From Nitrospinaceae bacterium (GTDB lineage: Bacteria; Nitrospinota; Nitrospinia; Nitrospinales; Nitrospinaceae): a stretch of DNA of 64,000 nt. A model generated the notes under the pieces. The model was not told the origin of the DNA, did not search any database, and saw nothing but the letters and a program-made list of their open reading frames with translations. The stretch lies in contig OZ245011.1 of the NCBI GenBank assembly GCA_965223665.1, forward strand, positions 4,096,001 to 4,160,000, in the 5' to 3' direction. Position 1 is the stretch's first letter; each line of letters begins with the position of its first letter. Shown one piece after another: positions 38,284 to 48,904 of this stretch. Made by a program: the position numbers and the translations under genes.

Positions 38284-39861
38284 TTAGATTATAAGTGGAA
38301 GACTAACTTTAAACCTTGCTCCTGTTTTAGAATCTGCCAATGATATTTTTCCACCGTGAGCTTCCACTAAGGATTTCACTATTCCAAGCCCAAGTCCTGT
38401 TCCCCCGTTTTCTCTTTTAGTTGTAAAAAAAGGAGCGAATATCTTATCTTTATGTGAATTTGGGATTCCTTCGCCATTATCCTGAATATTTAGTATCAAA
38501 TTTTCTCCCATTCTAAGAAATGAGAGTTTAACAAAAGTAGCTTTATGTTGTTTGCTATTACTTATTAGGTTAGTTAAAGCGGCTTCTAGGTAATCGGAAG
38601 CAAATTTTAGGATGATTTTAGGGTCCTCTTCAAATGAGATTTCTATCCCTTCGCGAGCCCAATGCTCTTTTAATTTATTTAAAATATTTCCCAAATTAGA
38701 TTGTTCTTCCGAGGGGGTTAAATTATCTAACTTTGCTAAATAAAGCAGTTTTGAAACCAGTTCCTTAAGTCGTTTCGAATCCTGGACAATATTATCAATA
38801 AATTTTTTCTTTTTGTTCTCTGGCATATTGGAAAAATGCTCTAAAAGTAATTCACCTGCTCCTTGAATAGAAGTGAGGGGAGTTTTGAATTCGTGAGAAA
38901 CATGTGTTGCGAAATCCCTGATATATTCCGATCTTTTATTTAAGGAAATAGCCATATCATTAAAGCTTTTTGATAATAGTTCCATTTCTTTTGTAATTGG
39001 TTTTTCAAGAGGTCGAATTGCTTCCTTGTTACCCTGGGAAATTTTTTTTGTTCTTTCGATCAGTTGATAAATTGGTCGCGAAATAGTGTAAGAAGTAAAA
39101 AAAACAAGTAATAGAGTTAAGCCAATAATAACTAAACTGATCATTATGACTTTTTCTTTTTCCATATAAAGGTCTTTAAGGATGTTTTTTGGTGTTCGAG
39201 AAATATAAACAATTCCCCAAAGATGATTTTCTTCTAAAATTGGAAAAGCTGAAAATACACGTATGTTGGTTCCACGACTTATTGAGGCAAGTGAAGGGGG
39301 CGGATGATTAGGTATTCTTTCGCGGATCACACTGGTGAAACTTCCCTTTAGAGCTAATTGGATTTCCTTTAAGTGACTAAAAGATTGCCCTAATTCATTT
39401 GAGCCTGCAATTACAATTCCATTAAAATCTAAAACTTTTACTCCAGAGAGAACCACTTTTTTTATATCGGAAATAATGGGTGATAAACTCATTCCGACCT
39501 GATTGGAGACAAAGTCTATTTCAATTTTTGGAACTAATCCTTTAGGTCTTGGTGGTAGGATTTCTGTTTCAGACAATTCTAATTGGGGAATTACAGGTGT
39601 GTAAAAATCATCCAGTGTTTCAATTTTTAAATTGTTCAATTGAGTGCCAAAAGTTTTATCCGATCCAATAAACTTTTTAACTTCATTTTTGTAAATGGCT
39701 GCTATTACCGAAGCTTGTGAAATTAATTCGCGTTCTGTTTGGCGAACTAATTGGTTTTCGTAAATTCTAAAAAAAAATATACTGCCAAGGGGTATAAGCA
39801 GGACTGTCAGGTTTGCAATTAGCAAAATAGTTCTAAGGCGAAAAATTTTCTTGTGTTTCAT
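38284..39861 (-). CDS. Membrane sensor histidine kinase (HAMP-HisKA-HATPase), CreC/ChvG-like
   Basis: Two TM helices, VSHEFKTPL, NLISNS, DNGEG, GTGLGL. Confidence 0.92.
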   Translation of the reverse strand: MKHKKIFRLRTILLIANLTVLLIPLGSIFFFRIYENQLVRQTERELISQASVIAAIYKNEVKKFIGSDKTFGTQLNNLKIETLDDFYTPVIPQLELSETEILPPRPKGLVPKIEIDFVSNQVGMSLSPIISDIKKVVLSGVKVLDFNGIVIAGSNELGQSFSHLKEIQLALKGSFTSVIRERIPNHPPPSLASISRGTNIRVFSAFPILEENHLWGIVYISRTPKNILKDLYMEKEKVIMISLVIIGLTLLLVFFTSYTISRPIYQLIERTKKISQGNKEAIRPLEKPITKEMELLSKSFNDMAISLNKRSEYIRDFATHVSHEFKTPLTSIQGAGELLLEHFSNMPENKKKKFIDNIVQDSKRLKELVSKLLYLAKLDNLTPSEEQSNLGNILNKLKEHWAREGIEISFEEDPKIILKFASDYLEAALTNLISNSKQHKATFVKLSFLRMGENLILNIQDNGEGIPNSHKDKIFAPFFTTKRENGGTGLGLGIVKSLVEAHGGKISLADSKTGARFKVSLPLII

Positions 39862-39862
39862 T

Positions 39863-40561
39863 TTATTGTTTGCAGGACCCTAAAATGTAGCCGACTCCAA
39901 AGACGGTTTCGATAACCGTCTTTCCACCTGCAAAAGAAAACTTATTGCGGATGTGCCGTATATGGCTATCTATGGTACGATCACTAACAAATGAGCTATT
40001 CCCATATGCATGTTCAATGATGCGATTGCGATCAAATACGCTCTCGGGATAAAGTAAAAAAGCTTTTAAAATATCAAATTCTCTTGCTGTAAGGTCGATC
40101 GGTTTATCGTCCCAAAATACTTGGTGTTTTTCGGAATTTAATGTGACTCTTCCAAAGGTCAAGGTTTTCGAGAAGTTGTCTGCGGAAGAGGTTTTACCTT
40201 GAGCTCGTTTTAGTATTGCATGAACTCGGGCCACAAGCTCTCGGGGGCTAAAAGGTTTAGATACGTAATCATCACCGCCAATTTCAAAGCCAACCACTCG
40301 ATCGATTTCATCGTCTCGTGAGGATAGGAACAGAATGGGAACCTCGGATTGTTTTCGAATTTCTTTGCAAAATTGGAACCCGTCCATTTCAGGCATATTG
40401 ATATCCAAAATTACTAATTCTGGAGGGTGTTTGTTAAAATGGCTTAAAGCTTCTTTCCCGTTTTTTACTTCCCGGGGTGTCATTCCCGCATTTTCAAGGG
40501 CAAAACATATTACCTCTCGAATATGTGGATCATCGTCTACCACCAGAATGTTTTTTCCCAT
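39863..40561 (-). CDS. OmpR-family response regulator, CreB/ChvI-like
   Basis: VVDDD, LDINMP, KPFSPREL, DRTIDSHIRHIR, ETVFGVGY. Confidence 0.93.
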   Translation of the reverse strand: MGKNILVVDDDPHIREVICFALENAGMTPREVKNGKEALSHFNKHPPELVILDINMPEMDGFQFCKEIRKQSEVPILFLSSRDDEIDRVVGFEIGGDDYVSKPFSPRELVARVHAILKRAQGKTSSADNFSKTLTFGRVTLNSEKHQVFWDDKPIDLTAREFDILKAFLLYPESVFDRNRIIEHAYGNSSFVSDRTIDSHIRHIRNKFSFAGGKTVIETVFGVGYILGSCKQ

Positions 40562-40623
40562 ATTATCTTTCCCAAAAATTATCTATATTATTATAACAGC
40601 GAGTTTGAGTAATTTCTGCCATC

Positions 40624-40666
40624 AAGAACCAGGGTGGCAGAAAAAATCCACCAACACCTGGTTCTT
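40624..40666. other. Intergenic inverted repeat (possible mRNA structure)
   Basis: AAGAACCAGG...CCTGGTTCTT with an inner GTGG/CCAC pair. Confidence 0.35.
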
Positions 40667-40693
40667 CCGGGAGGTTTCACCTGGCGGCAAACT

Positions 40694-42826
40694 TTATTTA
40701 GATGGAATGGGTTTGTGTTTAACTTTTCTAGACATGAAAGCAAAAAATAGTAATGAGACAAGTAATAGGCTGGCCCAGGTCGTAGGTTCCGGAGTTGAAC
40801 CTCCAGAAAAATTTTGGGCAAGTACCACGGTTTTAGGCTGACCATAGGCTTTGGGCCCGACGCCTTTTACCATGGGCAATGGTACTTGTGAATCTTTTGA
40901 TTGCTCGGGGTTTGGGTTGACAATTGCTTTGGAGACAGCAACAAAGGAAGTCCATCGTGTCATAAGAGAATAATTTAATCCCAACTGGATAACCTTTTCT
41001 TTTAATTCCGTATCACTTAGTGATGTGGTTTTAATTGACATCGGTAGGTTCATTTGATTCATATGGTCGGATATTTGGCCTCGCGCCCATATCAAAGGAA
41101 GAGGTGATTCAGAGTTTTTTTCAGGGGGTTCAGGGATATTAAAATCCACCGGTAATAAAGCCATTCCCCCTGGTACAAATCCATTTACTTTGATAGTGTG
41201 ATTACCGGATCCAGTAAATTTTCCTAATATTCGAATTGAGTCTCCTTCAAACAAATCTGGAATCAGCTTAGGTGTAACTTCTGCAACCTCAAGACCACCC
41301 CAATCGATGGCAATATTTGTCAAAACTGGAGTCTTTATTTTTGATGCCAATTTAATTGCAACATCCTCCGGGTTCTCTGTTGGGTCAATAAACCTTGCAA
41401 ATCCTCTTCCTCTCCTTCCCATTTCATTTAAAAGAAATCGGTTTACAGAGGTACCTACCCCAAAGGCATAAATCCGGGCTTTACCAATAGACTCTGAAAT
41501 CAGAGTTAATACTTCGGATTCGTTCCCAATATATCCATCCGTCAAAAAAACTACGATTCGAATAGTATTTTCAATTGGAGAAGTGGAAAAGGCCTGGCGA
41601 ATGGCGTTAGGAATTTCCGTCCCTCCATTAGCATCTAAAGAATTTACATATTGCAATCCCCTAAAAATATTTTCTGAAGTTGCAGGAATGGGACCTTCGG
41701 TAAATTCGGAAGCGTTATTGCTAAAACGGATCACTCTAAAATAATCTGTTTCCCTAAGGTTCTTTAATGCATGACGCATGAATAATTTGCTGGCTGAAAT
41801 AGGTTCTCCACTCATAGACCCGGAAGTATCCAAAACAAATACCAGCTCTCTTTTAATAATTTGATCCGTTTTAGCTGCTTTTGGGGGTTCAATCATTAAA
41901 CTGAAAAAGCCTTCCTTGTTGGTCTTATGGCTGAGAATGGAAGCTTGAGTTTTTTCTCCTGATAGTTGAAAAAGTAAAACAAAATCCCGGTTATCTATAG
42001 TTCTGCCCTCTGCCAGGGTAATATACTTATTTTTATCCTTGCCGATTACATTTAAGGGATGGGTTTCGCTATAAATTCTTCCAAATGGAACTCCAGATTT
42101 AATATTTACTTTTATGGAAACTCTATCTTTGGCTATTGTGTCCGGGATGTTTAGCCCACCCACTTGAGGATAAATAGGAAGTTTTTCGATTTCCCATTGG
42201 GCAAACCTAGTATCGCTCCTTGTTTCTTCAGGAGAATCATTTTCTTCTTCATCAGAAATTGTTGGAGCTTCTCCAGAACCTTCGGGTTGATATCGGGGGC
42301 CCACAATAAGTGGAATAACTACTTGATAGTTCCCATCTATTTTAGGAACCGTTTGAACATACTTTAAGGTAACTTTTATAGGTAAATTCGGCATTAAGTT
42401 AGCAACCTTTTGAGTGAACATATTGGGCCGATGTTGTGTTAATAAAGATGCGGCCTTACCTTCTTTTTTAGCGGAATTGAATTTAGTTTTTGCCTTTTCA
42501 ATTTTCATTATTTGGGCTTCAATTATTTCCATTCCCACTTCCATGCTCATCCAATATACGGCGGAATTTCTATTTAAGGGGAAAAGATAGGTGGCATTTA
42601 TAGGCATTTTGGTAGGATTTCCGAAATACTGAATGACAGTAACTGTTGCAGAGTCCCCCACGATATCTGCTGCAATATCTGTCCGAAGCGAGGGTAAATG
42701 AAAGGTTTGACCATTGATCTCAGCTTGGAGGGTGCCACCTAACTCCTTTTCCCCAAAAGCAATTCCATAAAAAGATAAGGAAAAGAGAAGGATTAGAGTC
42801 ATTATAGGTTTTTTTATATTATCCAT
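40694..42826 (-). CDS. VIT + VWA domain protein with PEP-CTERM-like sorting signal (ATG 42826 preferred)
   Basis: Signal peptide; YLFPL...PNMFTQKVANL (VIT); LDTSGSMSG, GGTE, LTDG (MIDAS); TPEP + TM helix + basic tail. Confidence 0.9.
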   Translation of the reverse strand: MDNIKKPIMTLILLFSLSFYGIAFGEKELGGTLQAEINGQTFHLPSLRTDIAADIVGDSATVTVIQYFGNPTKMPINATYLFPLNRNSAVYWMSMEVGMEIIEAQIMKIEKAKTKFNSAKKEGKAASLLTQHRPNMFTQKVANLMPNLPIKVTLKYVQTVPKIDGNYQVVIPLIVGPRYQPEGSGEAPTISDEEENDSPEETRSDTRFAQWEIEKLPIYPQVGGLNIPDTIAKDRVSIKVNIKSGVPFGRIYSETHPLNVIGKDKNKYITLAEGRTIDNRDFVLLFQLSGEKTQASILSHKTNKEGFFSLMIEPPKAAKTDQIIKRELVFVLDTSGSMSGEPISASKLFMRHALKNLRETDYFRVIRFSNNASEFTEGPIPATSENIFRGLQYVNSLDANGGTEIPNAIRQAFSTSPIENTIRIVVFLTDGYIGNESEVLTLISESIGKARIYAFGVGTSVNRFLLNEMGRRGRGFARFIDPTENPEDVAIKLASKIKTPVLTNIAIDWGGLEVAEVTPKLIPDLFEGDSIRILGKFTGSGNHTIKVNGFVPGGMALLPVDFNIPEPPEKNSESPLPLIWARGQISDHMNQMNLPMSIKTTSLSDTELKEKVIQLGLNYSLMTRWTSFVAVSKAIVNPNPEQSKDSQVPLPMVKGVGPKAYGQPKTVVLAQNFSGGSTPEPTTWASLLLVSLLFFAFMSRKVKHKPIPSK

Positions 42827-44393
42827 TTTTAAAACGCCCTTTCTCAAATTCATAATTTCTTTGTGCAGTTTTGGGTTTTTCGATATCCAAAGCAGTAATG
42901 ACAGCTTCATCCCATTGGGTATGTTCAATGTTTTTTAAATTCCACGGAGATATTCTTTGGACCTCGGACCATATGCTGGTTGGTTGTTTAAACCATCGCC
43001 AGATGGCTTCTGAAATATTTGAGGTGACCTCTCCTCTATCAGAAATAAAGCTGACGGCCACTCGATAGGATTTTCCATTGGAATTGGTAACTTTGTAAAT
43101 GGCTGATGGAAGAGATTGATAGGTAATTCCTTTATACTGGACTTTCATTCCTAATCCTCGTAAACATTCTTCTGGGGAATGTAAATGTCGGAGAGGGGCC
43201 GATGTTTTCACAACGAGTAAACTATGAGTTCCATATGCTGCTTTGGTTGCAGTACCTCCAAATTTAGTGAAATACAATTTTTCATTTGGAAGTAAATTGA
43301 CAGGGGTTTTTAAATGACCATTTAAAAATTCGGGTAATGAAATATTTAAATTCGATTCAGCAACATCTATAGGTTTTTGAGGGGCACTGACTATGAATAA
43401 AGAAAACATTAGAAAACCAAATCCCCAAAATAATCTTTTAGTAAAGAAGTAGTTATCGGGTGAAATATTTTTATTTAAAAAAAATTCATTTTCCTTTTTG
43501 GTAGAAAGTATTTGGTCAATAGGTTTATTTTCATTTTTGGGTTTCAAGTATACCCATTGTGACCAAATTAAAATGGGGATACTCCCCAGGAACAGAAAAC
43601 TTAAACCTAAAAGGTCATGCCATGGAGAGGCTAAAACATCAACGTTTAGAAAAAATGAAGGAGTTACAACTCCTATAGCAATAAAAACAATTCTTAAGAT
43701 ATTTTCCAGTATCCCAGAGACTAAGGTAATTACAATTCCTAAAGCCGATTGAGATAAGCTCGGTCTTATAATTGCCATGCTACCGCAAAATAATAGAAAC
43801 AAAATGAGAAGTCCTCTTGCACCAGAACATGGCAAATCCACTAAAACGTCATGATGATTAATTATGATTCGAACTCCTTGGCAGCTTACATTTCCGAATA
43901 ATTGGCTTAAAATCCCACAAGCCCCATCCGCAGATAGGCTTTGTAGACCAAATCCAATTGATCTTTGTAACACCCGTTCCAAGGGTAATGAAAATGCAAA
44001 AAATAAAGCAGTCCATCCTGGAGAGACAGGCCGTTTGCTTTTTTGGATTCCTGTTAATAGACCTAATGCGTAAACGTCGATAACCAGAGTCAATGCGCCA
44101 ACAATATTAATTGCAAAAACTTGTCCCGCTAATCTGATTAAACTGGTACATCCTAAAAGGAGATATGGGATTTTCTTATCAATAGGATTGGATAAACTTT
44201 GTTTACCAGATAAACCCCAAAGGAAAAGTCCAAGGGTTAATAAAAATACCAAATACCCATGGGAATCATAAGATGGATCCTTCCACGTTTGAATCAGCCA
44301 ACGAATAGGGTCGTAGGCCAAAATAAGTGCGGACGCTCCAAATAAGTAGGGTAAAAAGTTAGGTTTTGCTGTAAAAATCCATAAGTTTTTCAT
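42819..44393 (-). CDS. Exosortase with C-terminal soluble domain (exosortase T-like)
   Basis: YDSHGY; catalytic triad candidates VDLPCSG, NILRI, WHD; HSPEECLRGLG; adjacent to a PEP-CTERM target. Confidence 0.85.
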   Translation of the reverse strand: MKNLWIFTAKPNFLPYLFGASALILAYDPIRWLIQTWKDPSYDSHGYLVFLLTLGLFLWGLSGKQSLSNPIDKKIPYLLLGCTSLIRLAGQVFAINIVGALTLVIDVYALGLLTGIQKSKRPVSPGWTALFFAFSLPLERVLQRSIGFGLQSLSADGACGILSQLFGNVSCQGVRIIINHHDVLVDLPCSGARGLLILFLLFCGSMAIIRPSLSQSALGIVITLVSGILENILRIVFIAIGVVTPSFFLNVDVLASPWHDLLGLSFLFLGSIPILIWSQWVYLKPKNENKPIDQILSTKKENEFFLNKNISPDNYFFTKRLFWGFGFLMFSLFIVSAPQKPIDVAESNLNISLPEFLNGHLKTPVNLLPNEKLYFTKFGGTATKAAYGTHSLLVVKTSAPLRHLHSPEECLRGLGMKVQYKGITYQSLPSAIYKVTNSNGKSYRVAVSFISDRGEVTSNISEAIWRWFKQPTSIWSEVQRISPWNLKNIEHTQWDEAVITALDIEKPKTAQRNYEFEKGRFKNG

Positions 44394-44459
44394 GCTCCCA
44401 TTATTAAAAGACTGTGTGCAATGGTAATGATGAAAATGGGTAAAAATTAATGAAATCTT

Positions 44460-44475
44460 ATGCAGATTTGGTGCA
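44460..44475 (-). promoter_or_regulatory. Candidate OmpR/CreB-type direct-repeat site upstream of the exosortase operon
   Basis: Minus strand TGCAC-N6-TGCAT (11-bp period), resembling the cre-tag TTCAC-N6-TTCAC. Confidence 0.35.
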
Positions 44476-44561
44476 GGATAAATGACAAGCTTAGAAATAC
44501 ACTTATTATTAAATTGAAGGATAAGAAAAATGTTTAATCTATTTTCTTAATTTAAAATCAC

Positions 44562-45677
44562 TTAAACCATTGATTTTAGTTTGTTCCAAAAATTATTTAA
44601 AAACGGTAATGGGTCTTTGAGAATATATTCCCAACCAACCTTTGTGGAAACAACTCTTGGGAACCCTCTTTTTCTATAAGAAGGCAAAAGTGTTTTTAAA
44701 AAATTTTCTAAATCTATATACCTTAAAGTGTGATTTAAATTGGTGGCAGGTAAGGGTTGATTTAATGCTAGTAGGCAGGCTAGGTAGGGAAAGTTTAAAC
44801 CCATAGTAAGTGAACCACGTAAACTCCCCCAATATCGTGGATTTAATTCTATCACCTTTATTTGATTATCCTCTTCGTCCAAAATCATATCGAAATTTGC
44901 AATACCGGTCCATTTTAATTCCTTGATAACCTTTTCTGTGATCTTCCAAAGATTTTCGTTTTGTATAAATTCCATTCCTAAATGAGGGCGGAAAGGAACC
45001 GGATTTGGAAAAATTTCTTTATGTAGATTGTGGGCCAATATTTTTCCATCAATTGATAAAGTGCTCGAACATAAAATGGTTCCACGTCTTTTACTTTGCA
45101 GGATACTTGGAGATAAGTCCTTGTTTGACCTTAAAAATTTTTCTAGTGAATTAAGGTCTTCAAACTGCCTGATTCCTAATCCATTCGTACCTATTTTAGG
45201 TTTAATTAAAGCAGGGAATGTCATTCTACTCAACTGGTGTGTTAAACTTTGATCGTTATTTAAATGTATAGTAAATGGCTTAGGTATATTATTTTCTTCT
45301 AAAAAGTCGGAGAACTTTCCCTTGTCTTGTGCTTTTTCAAAAGATTCCAAAGTTGGAATTGGGGCCAAAGGGGCAATTTGTTTAAGTACATTGTAATTCT
45401 TTATCGCAAATAGAATTCCCAATCGGCTTAATGGAAATAATAAATCGGGTCGAACTTTCCTGGCAACTTTTCTGATAAATTCTATTCTTTCTTCATCACT
45501 CTTGGTCTCTTTTAAATGAAATGTTTTACATAGACGGCTCCATTGAACTGGAGTCTTAGGTTCAGTGGCAATGGCATGAACTTTGATTTTGGGGATGGCA
45601 GTTAAGCAACTTAAAACCTTTATAGTATCATTGCGGTTTCCATCAATTATTAATATCGACAGAGATGAGGAGACCAT
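44562..45677 (-). CDS. ATP-grasp domain protein
   Basis: QDKGKF, FPALIKPKIGTNGLGI, IELNPRYWGS. Confidence 0.85.
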   Translation of the reverse strand: MVSSSLSILIIDGNRNDTIKVLSCLTAIPKIKVHAIATEPKTPVQWSRLCKTFHLKETKSDEERIEFIRKVARKVRPDLLFPLSRLGILFAIKNYNVLKQIAPLAPIPTLESFEKAQDKGKFSDFLEENNIPKPFTIHLNNDQSLTHQLSRMTFPALIKPKIGTNGLGIRQFEDLNSLEKFLRSNKDLSPSILQSKRRGTILCSSTLSIDGKILAHNLHKEIFPNPVPFRPHLGMEFIQNENLWKITEKVIKELKWTGIANFDMILDEEDNQIKVIELNPRYWGSLRGSLTMGLNFPYLACLLALNQPLPATNLNHTLRYIDLENFLKTLLPSYRKRGFPRVVSTKVGWEYILKDPLPFLNNFWNKLKSMV

Positions 45678-45693
45678 ATTTTTTCTAATTAAA

Positions 45694-48198
45694 TCAATGG
45701 ATTTCTTTTTCTGGGCCGAGTGGTTTAAAAATAACCATCAAAACTGGAAGTAAAAATAAGTCTCCTAATAAAGCTAATAACATGGCAATTCCAGTTAGTA
45801 GTCCAAAATAAATTGTAGGAATAAAATTGGATAACATGAGAATAGAAAAACCTACAGTAATCGTTATAGAAGTATAGTAAATAGCTCTGCCAATACTCCC
45901 ATGACACCGGAGAACTGACGGTTTATATTGTGGGTTAAGAGCAAATTCTTTTTGATATCGATGAATATAATGGATAGTGTCATCCACGGCAATTCCTATT
46001 GTTATAGCAGCAATGGTTATAGTCATCATATCTAATGGAATTTTAAACCAACCCATGGCACCCAGAATAACAATTGCAGAAAATATATTTGGAATCGTGG
46101 CCAAAAGAGCAATGTAAAAATGGCGAAATAGGATAATAAACATAATGAGGATGGCAGCAAAAACTACACCTAATGTTAATATTTGTGATCGATAAAGACT
46201 TTGAAGCATATTGTTGTACATTACCGCCATTCCTGTGAAACGGATTCTTTCAGGAAGAATTTTCATTTCCCCTACTAAAAACTTTCTTATTTTTTCGATC
46301 AACTCTCCTCGATTTAGTGTAGGATCAGTTTCTTCGATTCGCATTGTGATGCGTATTTGATTCGCATCCTTTGAAAGATATGGATCCAGAAAAGATTTTT
46401 TTGCATCATCCGGTAAAAGCTTTCTATAAATTGCGAGATCATAATCATCGGGGATTTTGTTGTCATTTAGAATTCGAACAACTTTTAATGTTGTTGCGAT
46501 AGACAAGGCTTTTCCTATTTGTGGAAGGTTTTCTAAATAGTCGTGTATTTTTTCTACCTCAAGAAGTTTGTCGGGGTGGAACCAATAGTTATCCTCGTTT
46601 TCATCTTCTTCTTCAAAGGGATCTTTGAATGGATCTTCTTCCTCTTCCTCGGTTTCTAATTCCTTTAAAAATTCAAAAAACTCCGGGTCAGCTTCAATAA
46701 TAATTTCTAGAGGAGTGGTGCCACCCAATTGAGTATCTATGACGCTCATTCCTTTATATATTTCAGTAGAGTCTTTAAAGTAATCAATGAATCGATTGTC
46801 CACTCTTAATTTTAGAACACCCAGCAGGCTGACAATTATTAATGTCATAAAAAAAACTAAAATAGATTTTCTATATTTCAATGTAATCTGAGCAATGGCA
46901 TTAGTGATGTGGCGTGTTGCGTCATTTTCAGATAGGGATCGTTTCGGTTTCATTAATTTTAAAAAGGAAGGGAAGAAAATAAATGACAAAATGAATGCTA
47001 ATGAAATCCCTAAAGTCATTATCCAACCAAAATCAATTACAGGCCGGATATCACTCACCACCAAGGAAGTAAATGCCACAATTGTTGTAATGGCTGTAAA
47101 AAAACAAGGGGGGAACATGAGTTGAACCGTCTTATTGACTAAAGTTTCTTGATTCCAATTCGGGTTTTCTAAATGTAATTCTCCATAGCGAACAATTAAA
47201 TGGATTGTTAAAGATGTGGTGATAATGATTAATATGGATACAAAGTTGGAGGAAATTACTGTGACCCGCCAATCCAACCAGCCTAAACAACCGACCATGA
47301 TTCCTACTGTCAGAATACAGGAAAGCATTGGCAAAATTACCCAACGTCGGCTCCGAAAAAACAACCATAAAACGATTATCATCAAAACGGAAACGGCAAT
47401 CCCAAATACTTTCAGATCTACCTTTATAAAGTCAATCATATCCGTTGTTATCATTGGGACACCGCCTAAAAAGATTTTTGCCTTATCACGGTATTTATCT
47501 AAAATCTTTCGAATTGCGTCGACTTCTTTTTTTTGAGTTTCCAATACTTGAGCAAGGTATTGTTTAAACTCAAGTGAAACTTGACGAAGGGTTTTTTCTT
47601 CCTCTAAATCTAATTTTCCTGATTCTCGTTTCTTTTCTCTTAAGCCATTTCTTTTTTCTAATAATGAAAAATATTTGTCATCTCTTTGGAAGAAAGCAAG
47701 GATTGCTGTTGTTTTTCCATCCGGACTGGCAAGGAGTTTTTTATATATTGGACTCTCCGTGAATTCTTTTAGAGCTAAATTTTTATCCACGTCATGTGTT
47801 TCTAATTTTCTAATATTTTCATCAAGCTCTGAAATACGAACTACGGGGCTCATTAATAATGGAACATCAAGGATGCTTACAATGTTTTTAATTCTTGGTA
47901 ATTGAAGTAAATCTTTTTTTAGATTTTTTATTCCATCAAGGGAGTTTTCAGATAAAAGATCTTCAAAAGGGGAATAAGTAATTATTAAAAAATCCTCTGT
48001 GCCGTATATCTTGTTTATTGAACGAAAATAACGAAGGTCTTCATCGTTTTCTAAAACCAGGGAGTCCGCAGAGGCATCTAATTTGAATTTCATTGCCTGA
48101 AAACTTAATAATATGGACAATAATATTATTAAAGTCATGCATGTTCGTGGGTAACCTAGAATTGTATTCTGGTAGACTCGGATAATGAATGTTTTCAT
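45694..48198 (-). CDS. MMPL/RND family transporter
   Basis: Two TM bundles; GIAVDDTIHY, LGGTTPLEI; acidic insertion in the second loop. Confidence 0.88.
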   Translation of the reverse strand: MKTFIIRVYQNTILGYPRTCMTLIILLSILLSFQAMKFKLDASADSLVLENDEDLRYFRSINKIYGTEDFLIITYSPFEDLLSENSLDGIKNLKKDLLQLPRIKNIVSILDVPLLMSPVVRISELDENIRKLETHDVDKNLALKEFTESPIYKKLLASPDGKTTAILAFFQRDDKYFSLLEKRNGLREKKRESGKLDLEEEKTLRQVSLEFKQYLAQVLETQKKEVDAIRKILDKYRDKAKIFLGGVPMITTDMIDFIKVDLKVFGIAVSVLMIIVLWLFFRSRRWVILPMLSCILTVGIMVGCLGWLDWRVTVISSNFVSILIIITTSLTIHLIVRYGELHLENPNWNQETLVNKTVQLMFPPCFFTAITTIVAFTSLVVSDIRPVIDFGWIMTLGISLAFILSFIFFPSFLKLMKPKRSLSENDATRHITNAIAQITLKYRKSILVFFMTLIIVSLLGVLKLRVDNRFIDYFKDSTEIYKGMSVIDTQLGGTTPLEIIIEADPEFFEFLKELETEEEEEDPFKDPFEEEDENEDNYWFHPDKLLEVEKIHDYLENLPQIGKALSIATTLKVVRILNDNKIPDDYDLAIYRKLLPDDAKKSFLDPYLSKDANQIRITMRIEETDPTLNRGELIEKIRKFLVGEMKILPERIRFTGMAVMYNNMLQSLYRSQILTLGVVFAAILIMFIILFRHFYIALLATIPNIFSAIVILGAMGWFKIPLDMMTITIAAITIGIAVDDTIHYIHRYQKEFALNPQYKPSVLRCHGSIGRAIYYTSITITVGFSILMLSNFIPTIYFGLLTGIAMLLALLGDLFLLPVLMVIFKPLGPEKEIH

Positions 48199-48785
48199 AT
48201 TTTTAAAGGTGGGAGTTTGAACACATTAAGTTTTCATAAAAAATATAAAGTAGGGAAAAGGAAAAATATTTATGGAAAAATTGAAGGTCTAAGAATTTAG
48301 ATCAAATGAAAAATAAGGTAAAGGAAATAAATTAGAAATTAAGTTTATTCCTATTATAAATATTCTATTGCTTAGCACGATTATTCTAACATACAGAGCA
48401 AAATGATACTTTGTTGGTTTTTATAGACCCATGGAAAATAGAAGACCTTTAAAAACCAATAACAGGTCAAATGGATTTAAATAAGAATAATCATTTAAAC
48501 CCCTCACCGGTAACCCCTACAAAATGATTTCCATGTAAATTTAAAAAACTAATTATTTTCAAGAAAAAACCTGAATTATTTATTTGATTCGAGAATATTA
48601 GCATTACACGGTAAACATTTACACTTTCCAAATAATTCCCAAGTTTTAAGAATTGAAAAATATTTTTTCTTCCCAATTCGCTGCTTACCCTCTAGTGGCT
48701 ATCCTTTAATGCTCTAAATAACAGCTAGTTTAAGGGCTACCTTTTTTTAAGTATTTGGTTTTTATAAATGTTACAGAAAATTGTC

Positions 48786-48814
48786 TTGAAATTATTTTTA
48801 ATAATAGGTAAAGT
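48786..48814 (+). promoter_or_regulatory. Putative sigma70 promoter of the first giant paralog
   Basis: TTGAAA-N17-TAAAGT; the TTGTCTTGAAA context recurs upstream of copy 2 (54961-54971). Confidence 0.45.
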
Positions 48815-48904
48815 CTAGTCATCCGAATGGGGTATTTTATTGTGAAAAATAAAAACTTTCACATACACATATAAAATTTATTCGCATGTTGGGAGAGGTT
48901 CCTT

